A stretch of DNA of 43,488 nucleotides. Source: Macrostomum lignano. Lineage: Eukaryota. The notes beneath the pieces are model-generated. The model was not told where the DNA came from and made no database searches. It saw only the letters and a list, made by a program, of their open reading frames with translations. This document shows positions 30,505 through 42,457 of this stretch, piece after piece; the stretch's first letter is position 1, and every line of letters starts with the position of its first letter. The position numbers and the translations under genes were made by a program. The stretch covers positions 1 through 43,488 of the forward strand of contig NIVC01004518.1 in the NCBI GenBank assembly GCA_002269645.1. Reading direction: 5' to 3'.

Positions 30505-30955
30505 TAGATCTAATGGGTCAACATACTGCATAGATCTAATGGGTCATCATACTGCAGATAGATCTAATGGATCAACATACTGCAGATGGATCTAATGGGT
30601 CATCATACTGCAGATGGATCTAATGGGTCAACATACTGCAGATAGATCTAATGGGTCAACATACTGCAGATAGATCTAATGGGTCATCATACTGCAGATG
30701 GATCTAATGGGTCATCATACTGCAGATAGATCTAATGGGTCATCATACTGCAGATAGATCTAATGGGTCAACATACTACAGATAGATCTAATGGGTCATC
30801 ATACTGCAGATAGATCTAATGGGTCAACATACTGCAGATAGATCTAATGGGTCATCATACTGCATAGATCTAATGGGTCATCATACTACAGATAGATCTA
30901 ATGGGTCATCATACTGCAGATAGATCTAATGGGTCAACATACTGCAGATAAATCT
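30505..30955. repeat. 28-bp minisatellite (GATCTAATGGGTCATCATACTGCAGATA) in a DDB1 intron
   Basis: About 16 copies. Confidence 0.92.
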
Positions 30956-30976
30956 AAGCAGGTCAAAAACACAAAC

Positions 30977-31324
30977 CTGAACGCCAAGCGGTTCCACGCA
31001 GACCTCCTCAAGATTTCTCAGCCGCAGCAGTCGCACAGAGATCTCAACCCACAGGCCAACAGCCACAATACCGCCACCATCATCAAATCCGTCTGGCAAT
31101 GGCGTGGCATCGATGCAGGCCACTTCGTTTGGCAGCTCGCGCTCGGCTAGCACAGTCAAAGTGCCTTCGCCAATCGCTAGGCAGGTGAGCTGTCGGCCAA
31201 TAGCTATTAGCAGGTGACGCTGTCCGGCTCCGCAAACGGACACTGTCCGACCAGATGGTGGCAGCCATTCAGCTAATCGACGCTTGCCAGTGGAATCCAA
31301 TAGGCGAGCGGACTGCGGCGTGAC
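30977..31324 (-). CDS. DDB1: DDB1 exon (BPB); the most 5' DDB1 exon visible in the window
   Basis: TCTCAG|GTC acceptor and CAG|GTTTGT donor. Translation VTPQSARLLD...AEWLPPSG..VSV...ELPNEVACIDATPL...AVGLWVEISVRLLRL; 116 codons. About the first half of DDB1 is not in the window. Confidence 0.9.
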
Positions 31325-31713
31325 CTGAGATTTTAAAGAAATTTAATTTTGGTTAATTTATTCATTATGCGCTACTAATAAAAGATTTAATAAGTAGTGT
31401 AGTGTGGAAATAAACTGCAAAAATATTTGAAAATTCTATACTTGCTACTTAAACAAAGGTAAGTAGTACAGTAAAGGACAGAGATAAAATTTGCGAAGTT
31501 CTATTTTGTGTATGAGGACTAGTACAAGAGCCCCCTTAAGGGGAATGTACTTGATCTCGTACTATATAGTTTTGTAAGTGGCTATTAACTGCAAGCAAAA
31601 TTTTATGAAAATTAAAAAAATCAAGTAGACAAAAGCAATCTGTTTGATTCTGTACACTCTTTGTACGAATTCGTGTGTGAGTTGAAAGCTCAGTGAAATG
31701 GCCATAACGGCTC

Positions 31714-32070
31714 CCCGTTGGAAAAGTTATGCACCTGCAGAGGCATAAAAGGTGAACGAGGTGCACAAAAGAGGCACTTTGGTGGTCTATTTCGTGTGTG
31801 TTTTGGAAATGCACCTGAGTGCACCTTTTATGCCTAAATGTCACCAATATTTTTGAAAAGAGGCATGAAAGGTGTAAAATAGGTGAAGTGGTCAGGCAGT
31901 AGGTGAATTCTCAATTTTGATTGGTTGCGGCGGTAGGGGCAGTAAAGGTGTATAAGGGGCACTGGAGGTGCGCAAAAGGTGAAGAGTAGGCTCACAAGTG
32001 AGGCACATCAGGTGCACCAGAGGTGCTGAAGGGGCGTTTGGATGACGCAGAATGTAGAAATGACACAATC
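31714..32070. mobile_element. Probable left end of a second CACTA/EnSpm-like element
   Basis: Starts CCCGTTGGAAAAG, the same CCCG-nnn-GAAAA shape as the TIR at 1547. It is followed by about a dozen AGGTG/CACCT motifs in both orientations. No matching right terminus was found in the window. Confidence 0.45.
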
Positions 32071-32345
32071 GAATATATCCTCTAAGTAACTAAAAATGAC
32101 GCGCAAAAAATTACCGTTTCAAAAAAGGATATATTCTAAATATACCCCATATAAAAAATGACGAAACTTAAACCAATAAAACAACACAAGATTTTCCCTA
32201 TCCCAACAAAAATAAAGCTAAAATCAGATACACTACTTCAAGGAGAAAAACAAAGACACATATTAGACTTCAAGAGACAAAACTACAATCCTTCGAAAAA
32301 CTATTTGAAGTTATAGTTATTCAAATAACTATGTAAATAACAATA

Positions 32346-35300
32346 TTTGCACCTGCGTATATCAGCCCCATTGAGTGTCATTTCTAAGCTCTCCATTTAA
32401 TTCTATATATTGACAGCGACAGGGCTAGTTAGAGATGCTGAGAGTAGCGGGCTCTGCGTCATCTTTGCACCTGTGTATATCAGCCCCATTGAGTGTCATT
32501 TCTAAGCTCTCCATTTAATTCTATATATTGACAGCGACAGGGCTAGTTAGAGATGCTGAGAGTAGCGGGCTCTGCGTCATCTTTGCACCTGTGTATATCA
32601 GCCCCATTGAGTGTCATTTCTAAGCTCTCCATTTAATTCTATATATTGACAGCGACAGGGCTAGTTAGAGATGCTGAGAGTAGCGGGCTCTGCGTCATCT
32701 TTGCACCTGTGTATATCAGCCCCATTGAGTGTCATTTCTAAGCTCTCCATTTAATTCTATATATTGACAGCGACAGGGCTAGTTAGAGATGCTGAGAGTA
32801 GCGGGCTCTGCGTCATCTTTGCACCTGTGTATATCAGCCCCATTGAGTGTCATTTCTAAGCTCTCCATTTAATTCTATATATTGACAGCGACAGGGCTAG
32901 TTAGAGATGCTGAGAGTAGCGGGCTCTGCGTCATCTTTGCACCTGTGTATATCAGCCCCATTGAGTGTCATTTCTAAGCTCTCCATTTAATTCTATATAT
33001 TGACAGCGACAGGGCTAGTTAGAGATGCTGAGAGTAGCGGGCTCTGCGTCATCTTTGCACCTGTGTATATCAGCCCCATTGAGTGTCATTTCTAAGCTCT
33101 CCATTTAATTCTATATATTGACAGCGACAGGGCTAGTTAGAGATGCTGAGAGTAGCGGGCTCTGCGTCATCTTTGCACCTGTGTATATCAGCCCCATTGA
33201 GTGTCATTTCTAAGCTCTCCATTTAATTCTATATATTGACAGCGACAGGGCTAGTTAGAGATGCTGAGAGTAGCGGGCTCTGCGTCATCTTTGCACCTGT
33301 GTATATCAGCCCCATTGAGTGTCATTTCTAAGCTCTCCATTTAATTCTATATATTGACAGCGACAGGGCTAGTTAGAGATGCTGAGAGTAGCGGGCTCTG
33401 CGTCATCTTTGCACCTGTGTATATCAGCCCCATTGAGTGTCATTTCTAAGCTCTCCATTTAATTCTATATATTGACAGCGACAGGGCTAGTTAGAGATGC
33501 TGAGAGTAGCGGGCTCTGCGTCATCTTTGCACCTGTGTATATCAGCCCCATTGAGTGTCATTTCTAAGCTCTCCATTTAATTCTATATATTGACAGCGAC
33601 AGGGCTAGTTAGAGATGCTGAGAGTAGCGGGCTCTGCGTCATCTTTGCACCTGTGTATATCAGCCCCATTGAGTGTCATTTCTAAGCTCTCCATTTAATT
33701 CTATATATTGACAGCGACAGGGCTAGTTAGAGATGCTGAGAGTAGCGGGCTCTGCGTCATCTTTGCACCTGTGTATATCAGCCCCATTGAGTGTCATTTC
33801 TAAGCTCTCCATTTAATTCTATATATTGACAGCGACAGGGCTAGTTAGAGATGCTGAGAGTAGCGGGCTCTGCGTCATCTTTGCACCTGTGTATATCAGC
33901 CCCATTGAGTGTCATTTCTAAGCTCTCCATTTAATTCTATATATTGACAGCGACAGGGCTAGTTAGAGATGCTGAGAGTAGCGGGCTCTGCGTCATCTTT
34001 GCACCTGTGTATATCAGCCCCATTGAGTGTCATTTCTAAGCTCTCCATTTAATTCTATATATTGACAGCGACAGGGCTAGTTAGAGATGCTGAGAGTAGC
34101 GGGCTCTGCGTCATCTTTGCACCTGTGTATATCAGCCCCATTGAGTGTCATTTCTAAGCTCTCCATTTAATTCTATATATTGACAGCGACAGGGCTAGTT
34201 AGAGATGCTGAGAGTAGCGGGCTCTGCGTCATCTTTGCACCTGTGTATATCAGCCCCATTGAGTGTCATTTCTAAGCTCTCCATTTAATTCTATATATTG
34301 ACAGCGACAGGGCTAGTTAGAGATGCTGAGAGTAGCGGGCTCTGCGTCATCTTTGCACCTGTGTATATCAGCCCCATTGAGTGTCATTTCTAAGCTCTCC
34401 ATTTAATTCTATATATTGACAGCGACAGGGCTAGTTAGAGATGCTGAGAGTAGCGGGCTCTGCGTCATCTTTGCACCTGTGTATATCAGCCCCATTGAGT
34501 GTCATTTCTAAGCTCTCCATTTAATTCTATATATTGACAGCGACAGGGCTAGTTAGAGATGCTGAGAGTAGCGGGCTCTGCGTCATCTTTGCACCTGTGT
34601 ATATCAGCCCCATTGAGTGTCATTTCTAAGCTCTCCATTTAATTCTATATATTGACAGCGACAGGGCTAGTTAGAGATGCTGAGAGTAGCGGGCTCTGCG
34701 TCATCTTTGCACCTGTGTATATCAGCCCCATTGAGTGTCATTTCTAAGCTCTCCATTTAATTCTATATATTGACAGCGACAGGGCTAGTTAGAGATGCTG
34801 AGAGTAGCGGGCTCTGCGTCATCTTTGCACCTGTGTATATCAGCCCCATTGAGTGTCATTTCTAAGCTCTCCATTTAATTCTATATATTGACAGCGACAG
34901 GGCTAGTTAGAGATGCTGAGAGTAGCGGGCTCTGCGTCATCTTTGCACCTGTGTATATCAGCCCCATTGAGTGTCATTTCTAAGCTCTCCATTTAATTCT
35001 ATATATTGACAGCGACAGGGCTAGTTAGAGATGCTGAGAGTAGCGGGCTCTGCGTCATCTTTGCACCTGTGTATATCAGCCCCATTGAGTGTCATTTCTA
35101 AGCTCTCCATTTAATTCTATATATTGACAGCGACAGGGCTAGTTAGAGATGCTGAGAGTAGCGGGCTCTGCGTCATCTTTGCACCTGTGTATATCAGCCC
35201 CATTGAGTGTCATTTCTAAGCTCTCCATTTAATTCTATATATTGACAGCGACAGGGCTAGTTAGAGATGCTGAGAGTAGCGGGCTCTGCGTCATCTTTGC

Positions 35301-38300
35301 ACCTGTGTATATCAGCCCCATTGAGTGTCATTTCTAAGCTCTCCATTTAATTCTATATATTGACAGCGACAGGGCTAGTTAGAGATGCTGAGAGTAGCGG
35401 GCTCTGCGTCATCTTTGCACCTGTGTATATCAGCCCCATTGAGTGTCATTTCTAAGCTCTCCATTTAATTCTATATATTGACAGCGACAGGGCTAGTTAG
35501 AGATGCTGAGAGTAGCGGGCTCTGCGTCATCTTTGCACCTGTGTATATCAGCCCCATTGAGTGTCATTTCTAAGCTCTCCATTTAATTCTATATATTGAC
35601 AGCGACAGGGCTAGTTAGAGATGCTGAGAGTAGCGGGCTCTGCGTCATCTTTGCACCTGTGTATATCAGCCCCATTGAGTGTCATTTCTAAGCTCTCCAT
35701 TTAATTCTATATATTGACAGCGACAGGGCTAGTTAGAGATGCTGAGAGTAGCGGGCTCTGCGTCATCTTTGCACCTGTGTATATCAGCCCCATTGAGTGT
35801 CATTTCTAAGCTCTCCATTTAATTCTATATATTGACAGCGACAGGGCTAGTTAGAGATGCTGAGAGTAGCGGGCTCTGCGTCATCTTTGCACCTGTGTAT
35901 ATCAGCCCCATTGAGTGTCATTTCTAAGCTCTCCATTTAATTCTATATATTGACAGCGACAGGGCTAGTTAGAGATGCTGAGAGTAGCGGGCTCTGCGTC
36001 ATCTTTGCACCTGTGTATATCAGCCCCATTGAGTGTCATTTCTAAGCTCTCCATTTAATTCTATATATTGACAGCGACAGGGCTAGTTAGAGATGCTGAG
36101 AGTAGCGGGCTCTGCGTCATCTTTGCACCTGTGTATATCAGCCCCATTGAGTGTCATTTCTAAGCTCTCCATTTAATTCTATATATTGACAGCGACAGGG
36201 CTAGTTAGAGATGCTGAGAGTAGCGGGCTCTGCGTCATCTTTGCACCTGTGTATATCAGCCCCATTGAGTGTCATTTCTAAGCTCTCCATTTAATTCTAT
36301 ATATTGACAGCGACAGGGCTAGTTAGAGATGCTGAGAGTAGCGGGCTCTGCGTCATCTTTGCACCTGTGTATATCAGCCCCATTGAGTGTCATTTCTAAG
36401 CTCTCCATTTAATTCTATATATTGACAGCGACAGGGCTAGTTAGAGATGCTGAGAGTAGCGGGCTCTGCGTCATCTTTGCACCTGTGTATATCAGCCCCA
36501 TTGAGTGTCATTTCTAAGCTCTCCATTTAATTCTATATATTGACAGCGACAGGGCTAGTTAGAGATGCTGAGAGTAGCGGGCTCTGCGTCATCTTTGCAC
36601 CTGTGTATATCAGCCCCATTGAGTGTCATTTCTAAGCTCTCCATTTAATTCTATATATTGACAGCGACAGGGCTAGTTAGAGATGCTGAGAGTAGCGGGC
36701 TCTGCGTCATCTTTGCACCTGTGTATATCAGCCCCATTGAGTGTCATTTCTAAGCTCTCCATTTAATTCTATATATTGACAGCGACAGGGCTAGTTAGAG
36801 ATGCTGAGAGTAGCGGGCTCTGCGTCATCTTTGCACCTGTGTATATCAGCCCCATTGAGTGTCATTTCTAAGCTCTCCATTTAATTCTATATATTGACAG
36901 CGACAGGGCTAGTTAGAGATGCTGAGAGTAGCGGGCTCTGCGTCATCTTTGCACCTGTGTATATCAGCCCCATTGAGTGTCATTTCTAAGCTCTCCATTT
37001 AATTCTATATATTGACAGCGACAGGGCTAGTTAGAGATGCTGAGAGTAGCGGGCTCTGCGTCATCTTTGCACCTGTGTATATCAGCCCCATTGAGTGTCA
37101 TTTCTAAGCTCTCCATTTAATTCTATATATTGACAGCGACAGGGCTAGTTAGAGATGCTGAGAGTAGCGGGCTCTGCGTCATCTTTGCACCTGTGTATAT
37201 CAGCCCCATTGAGTGTCATTTCTAAGCTCTCCATTTAATTCTATATATTGACAGCGACAGGGCTAGTTAGAGATGCTGAGAGTAGCGGGCTCTGCGTCAT
37301 CTTTGCACCTGTGTATATCAGCCCCATTGAGTGTCATTTCTAAGCTCTCCATTTAATTCTATATATTGACAGCGACAGGGCTAGTTAGAGATGCTGAGAG
37401 TAGCGGGCTCTGCGTCATCTTTGCACCTGTGTATATCAGCCCCATTGAGTGTCATTTCTAAGCTCTCCATTTAATTCTATATATTGACAGCGACAGGGCT
37501 AGTTAGAGATGCTGAGAGTAGCGGGCTCTGCGTCATCTTTGCACCTGTGTATATCAGCCCCATTGAGTGTCATTTCTAAGCTCTCCATTTAATTCTATAT
37601 ATTGACAGCGACAGGGCTAGTTAGAGATGCTGAGAGTAGCGGGCTCTGCGTCATCTTTGCACCTGTGTATATCAGCCCCATTGAGTGTCATTTCTAAGCT
37701 CTCCATTTAATTCTATATATTGACAGCGACAGGGCTAGTTAGAGATGCTGAGAGTAGCGGGCTCTGCGTCATCTTTGCACCTGTGTATATCAGCCCCATT
37801 GAGTGTCATTTCTAAGCTCTCCATTTAATTCTATATATTGACAGCGACAGGGCTAGTTAGAGATGCTGAGAGTAGCGGGCTCTGCGTCATCTTTGCACCT
37901 GTGTATATCAGCCCCATTGAGTGTCATTTCTAAGCTCTCCATTTAATTCTATATATTGACAGCGACAGGGCTAGTTAGAGATGCTGAGAGTAGCGGGCTC
38001 TGCGTCATCTTTGCACCTGTGTATATCAGCCCCATTGAGTGTCATTTCTAAGCTCTCCATTTAATTCTATATATTGACAGCGACAGGGCTAGTTAGAGAT
38101 GCTGAGAGTAGCGGGCTCTGCGTCATCTTTGCACCTGTGTATATCAGCCCCATTGAGTGTCATTTCTAAGCTCTCCATTTAATTCTATATATTGACAGCG
38201 ACAGGGCTAGTTAGAGATGCTGAGAGTAGCGGGCTCTGCGTCATCTTTGCACCTGTGTATATCAGCCCCATTGAGTGTCATTTCTAAGCTCTCCATTTAA

Positions 38301-41170
38301 TTCTATATATTGACAGCGACAGGGCTAGTTAGAGATGCTGAGAGTAGCGGGCTCTGCGTCATCTTTGCACCTGTGTATATCAGCCCCATTGAGTGTCATT
38401 TCTAAGCTCTCCATTTAATTCTATATATTGACAGCGACAGGGCTAGTTAGAGATGCTGAGAGTAGCGGGCTCTGCGTCATCTTTGCACCTGTGTATATCA
38501 GCCCCATTGAGTGTCATTTCTAAGCTCTCCATTTAATTCTATATATTGACAGCGACAGGGCTAGTTAGAGATGCTGAGAGTAGCGGGCTCTGCGTCATCT
38601 TTGCACCTGTGTATATCAGCCCCATTGAGTGTCATTTCTAAGCTCTCCATTTAATTCTATATATTGACAGCGACAGGGCTAGTTAGAGATGCTGAGAGTA
38701 GCGGGCTCTGCGTCATCTTTGCACCTGTGTATATCAGCCCCATTGAGTGTCATTTCTAAGCTCTCCATTTAATTCTATATATTGACAGCGACAGGGCTAG
38801 TTAGAGATGCTGAGAGTAGCGGGCTCTGCGTCATCTTTGCACCTGTGTATATCAGCCCCATTGAGTGTCATTTCTAAGCTCTCCATTTAATTCTATATAT
38901 TGACAGCGACAGGGCTAGTTAGAGATGCTGAGAGTAGCGGGCTCTGCGTCATCTTTGCACCTGTGTATATCAGCCCCATTGAGTGTCATTTCTAAGCTCT
39001 CCATTTAATTCTATATATTGACAGCGACAGGGCTAGTTAGAGATGCTGAGAGTAGCGGGCTCTGCGTCATCTTTGCACCTGTGTATATCAGCCCCATTGA
39101 GTGTCATTTCTAAGCTCTCCATTTAATTCTATATATTGACAGCGACAGGGCTAGTTAGAGATGCTGAGAGTAGCGGGCTCTGCGTCATCTTTGCACCTGT
39201 GTATATCAGCCCCATTGAGTGTCATTTCTAAGCTCTCCATTTAATTCTATATATTGACAGCGACAGGGCTAGTTAGAGATGCTGAGAGTAGCGGGCTCTG
39301 CGTCATCTTTGCACCTGTGTATATCAGCCCCATTGAGTGTCATTTCTAAGCTCTCCATTTAATTCTATATATTGACAGCGACAGGGCTAGTTAGAGATGC
39401 TGAGAGTAGCGGGCTCTGCGTCATCTTTGCACCTGTGTATATCAGCCCCATTGAGTGTCATTTCTAAGCTCTCCATTTAATTCTATATATTGACAGCGAC
39501 AGGGCTAGTTAGAGATGCTGAGAGTAGCGGGCTCTGCGTCATCTTTGCACCTGTGTATATCAGCCCCATTGAGTGTCATTTCTAAGCTCTCCATTTAATT
39601 CTATATATTGACAGCGACAGGGCTAGTTAGAGATGCTGAGAGTAGCGGGCTCTGCGTCATCTTTGCACCTGTGTATATCAGCCCCATTGAGTGTCATTTC
39701 TAAGCTCTCCATTTAATTCTATATATTGACAGCGACAGGGCTAGTTAGAGATGCTGAGAGTAGCGGGCTCTGCGTCATCTTTGCACCTGTGTATATCAGC
39801 CCCATTGAGTGTCATTTCTAAGCTCTCCATTTAATTCTATATATTGACAGCGACAGGGCTAGTTAGAGATGCTGAGAGTAGCGGGCTCTGCGTCATCTTT
39901 GCACCTGTGTATATCAGCCCCATTGAGTGTCATTTCTAAGCTCTCCATTTAATTCTATATATTGACAGCGACAGGGCTAGTTAGAGATGCTGAGAGTAGC
40001 GGGCTCTGCGTCATCTTTGCACCTGTGTATATCAGCCCCATTGAGTGTCATTTCTAAGCTCTCCATTTAATTCTATATATTGACAGCGACAGGGCTAGTT
40101 AGAGATGCTGAGAGTAGCGGGCTCTGCGTCATCTTTGCACCTGTGTATATCAGCCCCATTGAGTGTCATTTCTAAGCTCTCCATTTAATTCTATATATTG
40201 ACAGCGACAGGGCTAGTTAGAGATGCTGAGAGTAGCGGGCTCTGCGTCATCTTTGCACCTGTGTATATCAGCCCCATTGAGTGTCATTTCTAAGCTCTCC
40301 ATTTAATTCTATATATTGACAGCGACAGGGCTAGTTAGAGATGCTGAGAGTAGCGGGCTCTGCGTCATCTTTGCACCTGTGTATATCAGCCCCATTGAGT
40401 GTCATTTCTAAGCTCTCCATTTAATTCTATATATTGACAGCGACAGGGCTAGTTAGAGATGCTGAGAGTAGCGGGCTCTGCGTCATCTTTGCACCTGTGT
40501 ATATCAGCCCCATTGAGTGTCATTTCTAAGCTCTCCATTTAATTCTATATATTGACAGCGACAGGGCTAGTTAGAGATGCTGAGAGTAGCGGGCTCTGCG
40601 TCATCTTTGCACCTGTGTATATCAGCCCCATTGAGTGTCATTTCTAAGCTCTCCATTTAATTCTATATATTGACAGCGACAGGGCTAGTTAGAGATGCTG
40701 AGAGTAGCGGGCTCTGCGTCATCTTTGCACCTGTGTATATCAGCCCCATTGAGTGTCATTTCTAAGCTCTCCATTTAATTCTATATATTGACAGCGACAG
40801 GGCTAGTTAGAGATGCTGAGAGTAGCGGGCTCTGCGTCATCTTTGCACCTGTGTATATCAGCCCCATTGAGTGTCATTTCTAAGCTCTCCATTTAATTCT
40901 ATATATTGACAGCGACAGGGCTAGTTAGAGATGCTGAGAGTAGCGGGCTCTGCGTCATCTTTGCACCTGTGTATATCAGCCCCATTGAGTGTCATTTCTA
41001 AGCTCTCCATTTAATTCTATATATTGACAGCGACAGGGCTAGTTAGAGATGCTGAGAGTAGCGGGCTCTGCGTCATCTTTGCACCTGTGTATATCAGCCC
41101 CATTGAGTGTCATTTCTAAGCTCTCCATTTAATTCTATATATTGACAGCGACAGGGCTATAGTTAGAGAT
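32346..41170. repeat. 118-bp tandem satellite, about 75 apparently identical copies (8.8 kb)
   Basis: TTTGCACCTG recurs at 32346, 32464, 32582 and so on (period 118). By eye the only variants are C/T in the first unit and a TA insertion in the last. Confidence 0.97.
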
Positions 41171-42298
41171 CCATGTTTGAATTTACTGCGCTCGTAATTT
41201 TAACTTATACTTGATATTGACAGGTTAGCTCAGAAATATTTCGCCAGCTTCTTTAGTAATGGCTTTTTATCAAAATACAATTGGGCTTTGCTTTTACTTT
41301 TGGTTTGGTCACCTGCTGTGAGCGTTCCACTTTTTATCTATATATTGTTTTGTATTATGCACAGCGGTTTGTTTGGAGGTGTGTTTCGCGCTTTTCTCGA
41401 TCTTTCCACTGTAGCTGGATTTTGAGTAAAGATAAGAATCGCAGTTCTCACGATTGCTTAAAAGCAAATACGTGCTCTGGGTATGCTCAAGATTGCGCAA
41501 TGCTCGTGACAGTGATGGGTGGTTCATGGTGGAAGACACCTATCTAAGCAAATTTGTTGCACCAAACTTATGATTGCGCCATTATCGTAAAGAATAGTGT
41601 CAAGCAGTTCCAAATATGTAAAATTGTAAACTTTATTAGTCACCAAAGAGAAATTTTATCTACTCTTTGATTTGTTGATGACTGACTTCATCCTAATTTT
41701 TGAGCATATACGTCTTTTTCTTGCATATTTAATCTATTTCTCGAATTTCTATTTTGCATCATTCATTTAATTCCTATCCAATTCATTGTGTGTCATTTAT
41801 TTGTTATCCACTGCCCACTGTATATTGACAGCAGCGGATCTCACAGAGCTACTCAATGAATTGAAAATGCAGAAATAACTGAGTATTCGAAACCCAAACT
41901 GGATTAGGGTCGATCAGTGAGTCTGGCTGTGAGGCTGTGAATGAGGCAGTGAATGAGGCTGTGAATGAGGCTGTGAATGTGAGTGGGGCATATTGTACCT
42001 AATGTATGTTTCATGCTGGTTAATGCGCATGTTTCATTTTGAATCAAAGTAATTTGGTGTCAAAATGAGTCACTACTGAAATGAAGCAGTCCACCCCTTT
42101 GAGTCTAAAAGCATAGTGGATTTGACACGTACTATGAACGTGAAATATTTTGACCACCCCATTCCGAACCAATGAAAATTAGAGTGAACTTGTTGATGTC
42201 AAACTGCCGCTTCATATAAAATGGGACTTCAGTTGGCCTTTCAAAAAGCCAGATTTCTATTTGTCAATTAATTTCATTTTTTCAATAAATTAACCCAA

Positions 42299-42421
42299 AT
42301 GTCCAAACAATTGGAGTTCATAAAACAGCTGATAAGCCGCAAAGGCAAATGCTATGACGTCGCTAAGCGGCAAAAGTCGTTTGAGAAAGAGCTCGCCGCG
42401 TCTGATCGATTCCAGTTAATG
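42299..42421 (+). CDS. Putative first coding exon of an unidentified gene (missed by the ORF track)
   Basis: ATG at 42299; MSKQLEFIKQLISRKGKCYDVAKRQKSFEKELAASDRFQLM ends at a perfect ATG|GTAAGT donor (phase 0). A minisatellite follows immediately, as in the other introns here. No family recognised. Confidence 0.5.
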
Positions 42422-42457
42422 GTAAGTGAAGGTGAAGAGCAATATTTTTACCAATAA

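Noticed and set aside
32346-41170. 118-bp array as a CRISPR array or rDNA/5S/snRNA tandem
   Set aside because: Units are identical with no spacers, there are no cas genes, the context is eukaryotic, and no 5S, tRNA, snRNA or spliced-leader motif was recognised in the unit.
41281-41547. ORFs 41281-41547 (+) and 41309-41539 (-) as genes or as the missing DDB1 exon
   Set aside because: No DDB1 or other recognisable motifs, short length, and no convincing splice context.
41926-41985. 12-bp GAGGCTGTGAAT repeat and weak inverted similarity at 42075-42235
   Set aside because: Only about four copies and a patchy inverted match; not enough to call an element.
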